Source of the DNA: an uncultured Acidimicrobiaceae bacterium
Lineage (GTDB): Bacteria > Actinomycetota > Acidimicrobiia > Acidimicrobiales > RAAP-2
Direction: 5' to 3'
Assembly: GCA_963745665.1 (NCBI GenBank)
Contig: CAVUYE010000003.1
Location: 466,492-530,491 of the forward strand
DNA: 64,000 nt
Under the pieces are notes generated by a model. The model saw nothing but the letters and a program-made list of their open reading frames with translations, was not told where the DNA came from and ran no database searches. How positions within the stretch are numbered: position 1 is the stretch's first letter; every line of letters begins with the position of its first letter. Below are positions 36,670-44,838 of this stretch, piece after piece. A program made the translations under genes and the position numbers.

Positions 36670-38076
36670 TCAGCCCGTGCCCGTGACGGCGTCGGGATCG
36701 GGAGCGAGCTCCGGGTCCCGTTCGGGGGCGGTGTCGCGTGCCGGCTCGACAGGGCCGGTCACGGTCGGGAGGCGCATGGTCATGCGTGCTCCGCCATAGG
36801 GGTCGTTCTCGGCCGCGATGCTCCCGCCCTCGGCTTTGACGACCTGGGCCACGATGGCCAGGCCCAGGCCCGATCCCGGCAGGCCGCGGGCCGCCGGAGA
36901 GCGGTAGAAGCGGTCGAAGATGTGCGGCAGATCCGCCTCGGCGATGCCGGGGCCGTGATCGCGCACGACCACCGTGCCCTCCCGGCACTCCACCGCGACC
37001 GGCTGGCCCGGTGGGCTCCATTTGCGGGCGTTGTCGAGCAGGTTGCCCACGGCCCGGCGCAGGCCGGCGTCGCTCGCCACGACCCAGCACGGGGCGGCAT
37101 CGAGCTCGAAGTGCACGTCCTTGGTCCGCCCGTGCGTGTTCTGGACGGCGACCTCGTCCCGGACGAGCAGATCGAGCCGCAGCGGCTCTTTATTGGCCGG
37201 CCCGCTGTCACCGCGGGCCAGCTCGGCCAGATCGCCCACAATGTCGGTGAGCTCCTGCAGCTGCACGAGCACGTCGTCGACCAGCACGGTCCGGTCCTCC
37301 GCGCTCAGTTCGTCGACGCGGCGGATGACCTCCAGGTTGGTGCGCAGACTCGTGAGCGGTGTGCGCAGCTCGTGCGAGGCATCGAGGACCAGCTGGCTCT
37401 GGGCCCGGCGCGACGACTCGAGCGCTTCGAGCAGGCGGTTGAAGGTCCGGCGCAGGCGGCCCAGCTCGTCGGGGCGGCCCGGCGAGAGCCGGCGCGTGAC
37501 ATCGGTCGTCTCGGCCAGGTCCTCGACCGTGTCGGTGAGCGAGTTGAGCGGCACCAGAGCCGTGCGGGCCACCAGCCAGCCGAGCACGACCGCGAGCAGC
37601 ACGCCGGCGAAGGCCACCGCTCCGAGCAGCAGCGCCAGCTTCTTCAGCTGCGAGTCGACGTTGAGCAGGGTGGCGATCTGCAGCGCGCCGCCCCTCGTCA
37701 GGTAGGCGCTACCTGCGTCGAACGAGGTCCCCGGAGGGAGGTGCTCGACCAGCTCGCGCATCTCGTTCCCGTCGACGGTGACGGTGGTGAAGAAGTTCGG
37801 GGCAAGGCCATTGGCCACCAGCCGCACCTGCCCGGTCACGGGGAGGCCGCCCCCCGAGACGACGGCGCCGGTGGGGACGATCACCTGCCCCAGGGTGGCG
37901 GTGGTCGACCCGATCTCCTGGCCGGCGATGATCTTCTGCGCCGCCGTCTGCAGCGAGCTGTCCGCCGCCTCCACCAGCGTGTGGCGGGCCACCAGGAAGG
38001 AGCCGAACGAAGCGGCGAGCACTGCGACCACGACGGCGACCGTCGTCGCCAGCACGAGCCGGGTGCGGAAGGTCAC
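36670..38076 (-). CDS. two-component sensor histidine kinase
   Basis: Trimmed to the GTG at 38076, with a GTGA overlap with the regulator gene. It has two TM helices plus a HAMP domain, H-box [11 protein letters not shown]-box NLLDNARKW and G-boxes DHGPGI and GSGLGLAIV. Confidence 0.85.
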   Translation of the reverse strand: MTFRTRLVLATTVAVVVAVLAASFGSFLVARHTLVEAADSSLQTAAQKIIAGQEIGSTTATLGQVIVPTGAVVSGGGLPVTGQVRLVANGLAPNFFTTVTVDGNEMRELVEHLPPGTSFDAGSAYLTRGGALQIATLLNVDSQLKKLALLLGAVAFAGVLLAVVLGWLVARTALVPLNSLTDTVEDLAETTDVTRRLSPGRPDELGRLRRTFNRLLEALESSRRAQSQLVLDASHELRTPLTSLRTNLEVIRRVDELSAEDRTVLVDDVLVQLQELTDIVGDLAELARGDSGPANKEPLRLDLLVRDEVAVQNTHGRTKDVHFELDAAPCWVVASDAGLRRAVGNLLDNARKWSPPGQPVAVECREGTVVVRDHGPGIAEADLPHIFDRFYRSPAARGLPGSGLGLAIVAQVVKAEGGSIAAENDPYGGARMTMRLPTVTGPVEPARDTAPERDPELAPDPDAVTGTG

Positions 38077-38744
38077 GAGTCCCGCAGCACGTAGCCCACC
38101 CCGCGCACCGTCTGGATGCAGCGGGGCTCGCCTCCTTCCTCCAGCTTGCGCCGCAGGTACCCGACGTAGACGGCGAGCGAGTTGGTTCCCGAATCGAAGT
38201 CGAAGCCCCACACCCGGTTGAGCAGCACCTCGCGGGTCAGCACCTGCCGCGGGTGGCGCAGGAACATCTCGAGGAGGTCGAACTCAATCCGGGTGAGCGT
38301 GAAGGCCCGTGCACCACGCTGCCCTTCGCGCGTCGAGAGGTCGAGCGTCAGCTCGCCGACGCGCAACAGGCCGCCCTCGCCCTCGAAGCGGCGCCGCAGC
38401 AGGGCGCGCAGGCGGGCCAGGAGCTCGGCCAGCGCGTAGGGCTTGACCAGATAGTCGTCGGCGCCCGCATCGAGCCCCTGCACGCGGTCGTCCACGGCGT
38501 CGCGCGCCGTGAGCATGAGCACCGGGGTGTCGTCGCCCGCGCTGCGCATGCGCCGGCACACGGTCAGGCCGTCGAGGTCGGGCAGTCCGAGATCGAGGAT
38601 CAGCGCATCGGGCGGGGCTTGCGCCAGGGCCTCGAGGGCCTCGCCGCCGGAGGGGACCGTGACCACGTCGTAGCCCTCGAGGCGCAGCGCACGGTCGATC
38701 GACCGGCGGACCGCAGGGTCGTCGTCCACCACCAGGATGCGCAC
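38073..38744 (-). CDS. OmpR/PhoB-family response regulator
   Basis: [12 protein letters not shown]...receiver domain, followed by a winged-helix C-terminus (...[25 protein letters not shown]). The start is GTG 38744 or 38750. Confidence 0.85.
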   Translation of the reverse strand: MRILVVDDDPAVRRSIDRALRLEGYDVVTVPSGGEALEALAQAPPDALILDLGLPDLDGLTVCRRMRSAGDDTPVLMLTARDAVDDRVQGLDAGADDYLVKPYALAELLARLRALLRRRFEGEGGLLRVGELTLDLSTREGQRGARAFTLTRIEFDLLEMFLRHPRQVLTREVLLNRVWGFDFDSGTNSLAVYVGYLRRKLEEGGEPRCIQTVRGVGYVLRDS

Positions 38745-38822
38745 GACCACAGAACCTATCGCCGCACCTCGGCCGGGCACGTTGCAGCGGCCTGTCTAAC
38801 CTTGAGGCGGCGCCCGCCACAT

Positions 38823-38895
38823 TCCGGGGTAGTTCAATCGGCAGAACGTCGGCCTTTGGAGCCGGATGTTGGAGGTTCGAGCCCTCCCCCCGGAG
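38823..38895 (+). tRNA. tRNA-Gln (anticodon TTG)
   Basis: 73-nt cloverleaf. Acceptor stem TCCGGGG/CCCCGGA. D arm GTTC-AATCGGCA-GAAC. Anticodon arm TCGGC-CTTTGGA-GCCGG. Variable loop ATGTT. T arm GGAGG-TTCGAGC-CCTCC. Discriminator G. CCA is not encoded. Confidence 0.85.
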
Positions 38896-38916
38896 CCCCT
38901 GCCCCGGAACACCCTG

Positions 38917-39303
38917 TCAACGGCCGGTCGCCTTGTCCCGCTCCGCCAACTGGGCCAGGTAGTCGTTGTAGGCCGCCATTTCGACGTCCTCCTCCTTCTC
39001 CTGCGCCGTCTCCGGCACCGGCGTGGTGTCCCCGGAGGCCGCCGCGTCCGGCCCGCCGGGATCGGCTGCGGCGGTGTCGCCCGGCGGCCCGTCCGGAGCC
39101 GCCTCGTGGACGAAGCGCCACCACATGTAGACGGCATAGGCCGCGAAGAGGGGCCACTCGAACACGTAGGCCCAACTGAGGCTGTTGCCGCTGAGGGCTC
39201 GGTCGATCTGCCAGAGGCAGAGCCCGAGGAAGGCCGGCACCACGATCAGGATGACGACGTGGAGCTTGATGGCACGGCCCGAGAGCCAGACCTTCTTGTC
39301 CAT
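38917..39303 (-). CDS. small membrane protein (2 TM) with acidic C-terminal tail
   Basis: This is the C-terminal 128 codons of ORF 38917..40251, from the ATG at 39303. It reads MDKKVWLSGRAIKLHVVILIVVPAFLGLCLWQI...WPLFAAYAVYMWWRF.... Confidence 0.55.
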   Translation of the reverse strand: MDKKVWLSGRAIKLHVVILIVVPAFLGLCLWQIDRALSGNSLSWAYVFEWPLFAAYAVYMWWRFVHEAAPDGPPGDTAAADPGGPDAAASGDTTPVPETAQEKEEDVEMAAYNDYLAQLAERDKATGR

Positions 39304-39319
39304 CAGGCCCCGTCGTCCA

Positions 39320-40234
39320 TCAGGCGTCTGCGAAGAGGAAGTCGGCGAGGATGGCGGCCAGCTCGAGCGGCCGGTCGCCCTGCACGCTGTGGCCGGCCCC
39401 CTCCACGCCGACGACCGTGGCGGTCGGCTGGCGCCGCAGGAGCTCGGCGACGTCGGCGTCGTCGACCACCGACCAGGCCAGGCCGCGCACCAGCAGCAGC
39501 GGCATGGTGAGGCCCGAGACGACGTCCCACAGGTCGCCGAAGTCGGGGTGGGTGGCCGGGCCGGAGGCATCGGTGCGGAAGCGGAGATAGCGCCAGACCC
39601 AGCTGCCGTCCTCGCGCTGGACGGCATTGTGCAGGATGCCCCGGCGCAGCGACGACTCGGACCGGCCGGGGTTGTGCTCGATGGTGCGCGCCAGCAAGTC
39701 GTCGAAGCTGTCGAAGCTGGCCGGCCCGTTGATGAAGTTGGTGATGGGCGCCGCCTTCTCGGGGTTGACGCCCGGTGTGACGTCGACGAGCACCAGCGCG
39801 CGCACGAGCTCGGGTGCAGAGGCGGCCAGCGCGAGGGAGGAGATGCCGCCGAGCGACATGCCGACCACGCCGCGGGCCCCGGGCGCGAGCGCGCGGATGA
39901 CGATCGCCAGGTCGCGCCCGTTGCTGGCCGGCGAGATGGAGCCGTCGGGCCCGCCGTCGGAGTGGCCGTGCCCCGGCAGGTCGATGGCCAGCAGGGGCCG
40001 TCGCAGGGCCAGGGCCACCGTGTCCCAGGTGTGGGCGTTCTGCGCCCCGCCGTGCACCAGCACGACTTCGGGGGGCCCGCTGCCCCAGACCAGGCTCGAG
40101 ACGGCCCGGCCGGGCGAGACCTCGACGTCGACGCGCCGCACCTCGGGGGGCCCGTCGTAGGGCAGGCCGTATTCGACTGCGTTCTCGTGGAACAGCCCGA
40201 ACTCGTCGTAGGGCACCAATTCCGGCACGCCCAC
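39320..40234 (-). CDS. alpha/beta hydrolase
   Basis: This is the C-terminal about 300 codons of the 1156-aa ORF. Motifs present: HGGAQNAHTWD, nucleophile elbow GMSLGG and C-terminal GAGHSV. The start is GTG 40234 or 40228. Confidence 0.8.
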   Translation of the reverse strand: MGVPELVPYDEFGLFHENAVEYGLPYDGPPEVRRVDVEVSPGRAVSSLVWGSGPPEVVLVHGGAQNAHTWDTVALALRRPLLAIDLPGHGHSDGGPDGSISPASNGRDLAIVIRALAPGARGVVGMSLGGISSLALAASAPELVRALVLVDVTPGVNPEKAAPITNFINGPASFDSFDDLLARTIEHNPGRSESSLRRGILHNAVQREDGSWVWRYLRFRTDASGPATHPDFGDLWDVVSGLTMPLLLVRGLAWSVVDDADVAELLRRQPTATVVGVEGAGHSVQGDRPLELAAILADFLFADA

Positions 40235-40282
40235 GAGTGTCCCATACGCACGCCGGGCAGTTCTGCGGGCTATGAATGCGCG

Positions 40283-41386
40283 ATGCCTGAACGCCGTCTC
40301 TCCGCCGTCGTCCTGGCCGCCGGGGAGGGGACCCGGATGCGGTCCGAGCGCCCCAAGCCGCTGCACCTCCTGTGTGGGCGCCCCATGATCCTCCACGTGC
40401 TCGACGCCATGGCCGAGGTCGACGTGCGCCGGGTCGTCGTCGTGGTGGGGCACCGGGGCGAGTGGGTCACCAAGACGCTGGTGCAACACGCGCCGCCCAC
40501 CATGGAGATCGAGTTCGTCGAGCAGCTGACCCGCACCGGCACCGGCGACGCGCTGGCCGTGGGGCTGACCGGGTTGCCCGACGATGATGACGACGAGACC
40601 GATGACGTGGTCGTCCTCCCCGGGGACACGCCGCTGCTGCGCCCGCAGACGCTGGCCGCGCTGGTACGGGCCCACCGGACGGAGGACGCCGGGGCCACCC
40701 TGCTGACCGCCGTGGTCGAGAACCCGCTCGGCTACGGCCGGGTCGTGCACGGCAAGGACGGGGACGTGACCCGGGTGGTGGAGGAGGCAGACGCCACCGA
40801 AGAGGAGAAGCTCATCGACGAGGTCAACACCTCCATCTACTGCTTCCGGCGCAGCATCTTGGCGCCGACACTGCGCCGGCTCAGCCCGGCCAATGCCCAG
40901 GGTGAGTACTACCTGACCGATGCCATCGGCGTCCTCAGCAGCGCGGGGTACGCCGTGCGGTCCCTGGTCCTGCCCGACTCCATGGAGGCGGCGGGGGTCA
41001 ACGACCGGGCCCAGCTGGCCGTGGCCGAGGCCGAGCTGCGCGATCGCATCAACGAGCGCTGGATGCGCCGGGGCGTCACCATGTGGGACCCCGAGCGCAC
41101 CTACGTCGACGCCGAGGTCCACCTGGAGGCCGACGTCTCCCTGCTGCCCGGGGTGATCCTGCGGGGCAACTGCGTCGTGGGCGCCGGGGCCGAGATCGGG
41201 CCTAACAGCGTGCTGACCGACACCACGGTCGGTGACGGCGCCGTGGTGGCGGCCTGCGTCTGCACCCTGGCCACCATCGGCGCCGGGGCGCGCATCGGGC
41301 CGTACAGCGTGCTGGCGCCCGGGGCCGAGGTGGCGCCCGGCACCGAGCTGGGGCCGCATTCGGTGGTGGCGGGGCCCGAGGGCTGA
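40283..41386 (+). CDS. glmU: GlmU-like UDP-N-acetylglucosamine diphosphorylase with truncated left-handed beta-helix domain (367 aa)
   Basis: Starts at the ATG at 40283 (MPERRLSAVVLAAGEGTRMRS...GEYYLTD...). The LbH hexapeptide repeats stop at ...ELGPHSVVAGPEG*. prs begins 45 nt later. Confidence 0.75.
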   Translation: MPERRLSAVVLAAGEGTRMRSERPKPLHLLCGRPMILHVLDAMAEVDVRRVVVVVGHRGEWVTKTLVQHAPPTMEIEFVEQLTRTGTGDALAVGLTGLPDDDDDETDDVVVLPGDTPLLRPQTLAALVRAHRTEDAGATLLTAVVENPLGYGRVVHGKDGDVTRVVEEADATEEEKLIDEVNTSIYCFRRSILAPTLRRLSPANAQGEYYLTDAIGVLSSAGYAVRSLVLPDSMEAAGVNDRAQLAVAEAELRDRINERWMRRGVTMWDPERTYVDAEVHLEADVSLLPGVILRGNCVVGAGAEIGPNSVLTDTTVGDGAVVAACVCTLATIGAGARIGPYSVLAPGAEVAPGTELGPHSVVAGPEG

Positions 41387-41431
41387 GCGGGCCGGCGGCG
41401 CGGCACACTGCGGCGCAGTAGCGTTGTCGGT

Positions 41432-42403
41432 GTGGAGTTGATCCCGCGGCGTCGCCTCGAGTTGATCTCCGGGCGGGCGCATCCCACCTTGGCCCGTGAC
41501 ATCGCCGGGCATCTCGGCGTCGAGCTGGGCGAGGCGAACCTGCGCGAGTTCGCCAACGGGGAGATCTACTGCAAGTACGGCATCTCCATCCGCGGCTGCG
41601 ACGTCTTCATCGTGCAGACCCACGCCAGCCCGGTCAACGACTCGCTGATGGAGCATCTGATCATGATCGACGCGGCCAAGCGGGCGTCGGCCAAGCGCAT
41701 CACCGCGGTCTGTCCCTACTACGGCTACTCGCGCCAGGACCGGAAGTCGACCGGGCGCGAGCCGATCACGGCCAAGCTGGTGGCCGACATGCTCTCGGCG
41801 GCGGGTGCCGACCGGGTGATCAGCGTGGACCTGCACTCGGGGCAGATCCAAGGCTTCTTCGACACGCCCTTCGACCACCTGGTGGCGGCGCCGGTGCTCG
41901 AGTCGTACATGCGCGAGAACCTCGAAGGCGACGTCGTCGTGGTGGCGCCGGACGCCGGACGGGTGAAGGTGGCCGAGCGCTACAGCCAGCATCTCGGCTT
42001 CGACCTGGCCCTGATCCACAAGACGCGGCCGCGCGGCACCTACAACGAGGTCAAGGCCCGCCACGTCGTCGGTGACGTCGAGGGCCGCCACTGCGTCCTG
42101 ATCGACGACATGATCGACACCGCCGGGACCATTTGCGCCGCCGCCGAGCTGCTGTCCGAAGCCGGCGCCTCGGAGATCTCGGTCATGGCCACGCACGCCA
42201 TCCTGTCCGACCCCGCCGTGGACCGGCTCAAGGCGGCGCCCATCTCCCGGGTGGTGGTGACCGACACCCTGCCGGTGGCCGACGACCGGATCTTCGACAA
42301 GCTCGAGGTCCTGTCCGTGGCCAAGATCATCGCCGACGCCATCGACGCCGTCTTCGAGGACACCTCGGTCTCCGAGCTCTTCGGCGGGGACAACCTGGTC
42401 TAG
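41432..42403 (+). CDS. prs: ribose-phosphate diphosphokinase
   Basis: 323-aa ORF with the motifs YYGYSRQDRK, VSVDLHS and DDMIDTAGT. Confidence 0.9.
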   Translation: MELIPRRRLELISGRAHPTLARDIAGHLGVELGEANLREFANGEIYCKYGISIRGCDVFIVQTHASPVNDSLMEHLIMIDAAKRASAKRITAVCPYYGYSRQDRKSTGREPITAKLVADMLSAAGADRVISVDLHSGQIQGFFDTPFDHLVAAPVLESYMRENLEGDVVVVAPDAGRVKVAERYSQHLGFDLALIHKTRPRGTYNEVKARHVVGDVEGRHCVLIDDMIDTAGTICAAAELLSEAGASEISVMATHAILSDPAVDRLKAAPISRVVVTDTLPVADDRIFDKLEVLSVAKIIADAIDAVFEDTSVSELFGGDNLV

Positions 42404-42436
42404 GTCCCGTTCCTCGGGTGCAGGAACCGAAGATGG

Positions 42437-44089
42437 ATGGCTCCCACGCCACCTAAGCACATGCGATCGCGGTGGCTTGCCGTGACGGACGCTGTGCTGG
42501 CGGACCTGCGCAAGGTCTTCGCCGCGGCGTTTGTCCCGATCTTCCTTCTCATTGCGGGGTGGAGTCTGGCCACCCCACTCTTTGCGGCTCCGGATGAGCC
42601 GAGCCAGATTGTGCACACGGTCGCTCTCGATCGCGGCGAGCTGATCGGAAAGGCCTACCAGGGGCCCGGGAGCGCCTACACGGAGGTCACCGTTCCCGCA
42701 CTGTTCGCCGACGGCAATCACTTCCCGTGCTACGCGTTCAAACCGAAGGTGCCCGCTTCGTGTGCCCGACCGCTCACGTCGAGCACGCAACCCGTTTTGA
42801 CGACGACCTACGTTGGTCGCTATCCGCCGCTCTACTACGCGTTGACGGGCCTGCCGTCACTCCTGACGGTGTCGACCACCGGCATCTATCTCATGCGGCT
42901 GGTCAGCTCCCTGATCGGTGCCACCCTGCTGGCGCTCGCCGTTATGACCGTCGTGGCCTGGTCGAGACGGTCGTTCATGCTCGTCGGAGTGTTGTTGGCG
43001 GCGACACCCATGACATTGTTCCTCAGCGGCGTCGTCAACCCGAGCGGCATGGAGATCTGCGCCGCGATCTGCATGTGGACATCGGGTCTCGTCCTGGTGG
43101 TCGAGCGAGCGGAGCATCCTCCCGGAGGGCTCGTCGCGGTCTTCGTCGTGGCGACAACGGTGTTGGTGTTGAGTCGTGGCTTGTCGGTGTTGTGGGCCGC
43201 CATGATCCTCGCCCTCCTTGCGGTCCTCGGCCGCGGCGGGACCTTCGCGCTGCTCCGAAACCGGTCGATGCGACTCCCCCTTGTGGTCATCGCAGTCGCC
43301 TCGGTCGCCGTCATTGCATGGATCGTTGCCGCGCACTCGAACGACCTGGTCTCGATCGGCTACCAGTTCCCGAAGAACGAAGCCGATTCGGGCATCTTCT
43401 TGAGGATCCTCGGGCATACCGGTCCATGGATCCAGCAAATGGTCGGAGTGTTCGGGTGGCTCGATACCGGGTCGCCATGGGTCACCTGTGCGATCTGGTA
43501 TGTCGCAATCGGATTCGTCGTCATCCTGGCCCTCGGCGTTGCGGACGCCCGATGGATCCTCACCATGCTGGTCTTGATCGCCGTGGTGCTGCTGGTCCCC
43601 GTGGCGATCGTCTACGCCCAGGTGCATCGTCTCGGGGTTGACTGGCAGGGCCGCTACATCATGCCGATGGCGGTCGGGGTTCCTCTTCTCGCAACGGCGC
43701 TCATCGACGGGACCGGCATCATGCGGCGGGTCCGGTCAAGAGTGTCAACGCTCCTCTGTGCCGGTGTCGGCGTGGCCGGCTTTGCCGCCTTTTTCTGGGC
43801 ACTCCGGCGCTATGCCGGCGGCATCGCCGGTCCGTTCGATCCCGACCACGGGACGTGGAGAGCGCCCTTCGGGAACGGCGTCATGCTGGCGTGGTACCTC
43901 GTGGGAACCGTTGCGCTCGTGGGAGGGGTGGCGTTGGCCACCTGGCGCCTCGGCTCGAGAGGCGGAACGCAAGAACCTCAGGAGACGCTGGGTGTCCGGT
44001 CCTTCTCGACGGCGACCGACTCCTCGAATACCGACTCCTCGGCGACCGACTCCTCGGCGACCGAGAGCGTGCCGTTGACCTGGAGGTAG
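42437..44089 (+). CDS. DUF2142-type polytopic membrane protein (glycan assembly, GT-C-like)
   Basis: 550-aa ORF. The PDEPSQIVH motif follows TM1, and there are more than 10 hydrophobic helices. The C-terminal tail reads through a 15-bp tandem repeat. Confidence 0.65.
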   Translation: MAPTPPKHMRSRWLAVTDAVLADLRKVFAAAFVPIFLLIAGWSLATPLFAAPDEPSQIVHTVALDRGELIGKAYQGPGSAYTEVTVPALFADGNHFPCYAFKPKVPASCARPLTSSTQPVLTTTYVGRYPPLYYALTGLPSLLTVSTTGIYLMRLVSSLIGATLLALAVMTVVAWSRRSFMLVGVLLAATPMTLFLSGVVNPSGMEICAAICMWTSGLVLVVERAEHPPGGLVAVFVVATTVLVLSRGLSVLWAAMILALLAVLGRGGTFALLRNRSMRLPLVVIAVASVAVIAWIVAAHSNDLVSIGYQFPKNEADSGIFLRILGHTGPWIQQMVGVFGWLDTGSPWVTCAIWYVAIGFVVILALGVADARWILTMLVLIAVVLLVPVAIVYAQVHRLGVDWQGRYIMPMAVGVPLLATALIDGTGIMRRVRSRVSTLLCAGVGVAGFAAFFWALRRYAGGIAGPFDPDHGTWRAPFGNGVMLAWYLVGTVALVGGVALATWRLGSRGGTQEPQETLGVRSFSTATDSSNTDSSATDSSATESVPLTWR

Positions 44090-44814
44090 GGGTAGCGACG
44101 GAGGCCGGTCTTGTTCGACCGGTACTCCAGGGACGTCTTGAGCACCCCCAGGCCGTAGCGCATGCTTCTGCGAAAATTGATGGAGGAAGCATCTGCGTGA
44201 TAGCTGGTCGGACAGGAGAGCTCTCCGATGCGCGCACCGGCCGCCAGCGCCTGCACGATGATCTGATTGTCAAAGATGAAGTCGTCGGAGTTGCACTCCA
44301 AGTTGAGGGCGGTGAGCACCTCCTTGCTGAAGGCGCGCAGGCCCGTGTGATACTCCGACAGCTTGTACTGCACCAGGATGTTCTCGAACATCGTCAGCGC
44401 CCGGTTGGCGACGTACTTGTAGCGGGGCATCCCGTTCCTCACCGCACTTTGCGAGAGGATCCGTGACCCGAGGGCGACGTCATATTCGCCGTACGCGATC
44501 AGCCCGGCCAGTGGCACCACGAGACGAGGCGAGTACTGGTAATCGGGGTGGAGCATGACGACAACGTCAGCGCCACGTCCGAGAGCCGCCGCGTAGCAGG
44601 TCTTCTGATTCCCGCCGTACCCTCGATTGCGATCATGCACAATGGGCTCGAGTCCGAGGGCCTTGGCGACCGTGACGGTCTCGTCGGTGCTCGCGTCGTC
44701 CACAATGAGGACGTCGTCGACGACGGTCCGATCGATCTCTTCGATGGTTCGGCCGAGGGTGACTGCGGCGTTATAGGCCGGCAGGACGACGGCGATCCGC
44801 TTGCCGTTCAACAT
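43978..44814 (-). CDS. glycosyltransferase family 2
   Basis: 278-aa ORF with the motifs VVLPAYNAA, VDDASTDET and a DxD-type region HPDYQY. Confidence 0.85.
   Translation of the reverse strand: MLNGKRIAVVLPAYNAAVTLGRTIEEIDRTVVDDVLIVDDASTDETVTVAKALGLEPIVHDRNRGYGGNQKTCYAAALGRGADVVVMLHPDYQYSPRLVVPLAGLIAYGEYDVALGSRILSQSAVRNGMPRYKYVANRALTMFENILVQYKLSEYHTGLRAFSKEVLTALNLECNSDDFIFDNQIIVQALAAGARIGELSCPTSYHADASSINFRRSMRYGLGVLKTSLEYRSNKTGLRRYPYLQVNGTLSVAEESVAEESVFEESVAVEKDRTPSVS
44011..44064. repeat. 15-bp tandem repeat, about 3.6 copies
   Basis: The copies are ggcgaccgactcctc / gaataccgactcctc / ggcgaccgactcctc / ggcgaccga. They encode ATDSS-NTDSS-ATDSS on the + strand and VAEES-VAEES-VFEES on the - strand. 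Confidence 0.85.
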
Positions 44815-44838
44815 GGAAGAGCCCGAGCCGAGGCGTCA

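Noticed and set aside
38780-40260. The tRNA-Gln flank was considered as an integration site for a mobile element.
   Set aside because: There is no integrase or recombinase, no duplicated tRNA 3' end nearby, and the flanking genes (a small membrane protein and an alpha/beta hydrolase) have normal high GC.
39320-42790. A 1156-aa minus-strand ORF, plus similar long ORFs: the 5870..6589 part of the 646-aa ORF, 10280..11509, 36607..38094, 48098..49696, 54290..56011 and 56614..58401.
   Set aside because: These are typical high-GC shadow ORFs. They are Arg/Gly/Pro/Ala-rich, have no recognisable motifs, and lie antisense to well-supported genes (glmU, prs, P450, MFS, histidine kinase, WbsX, mfd, mazG). 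Only the C-terminal about 300 codons of 39320..42790 (the alpha/beta hydrolase) look real.
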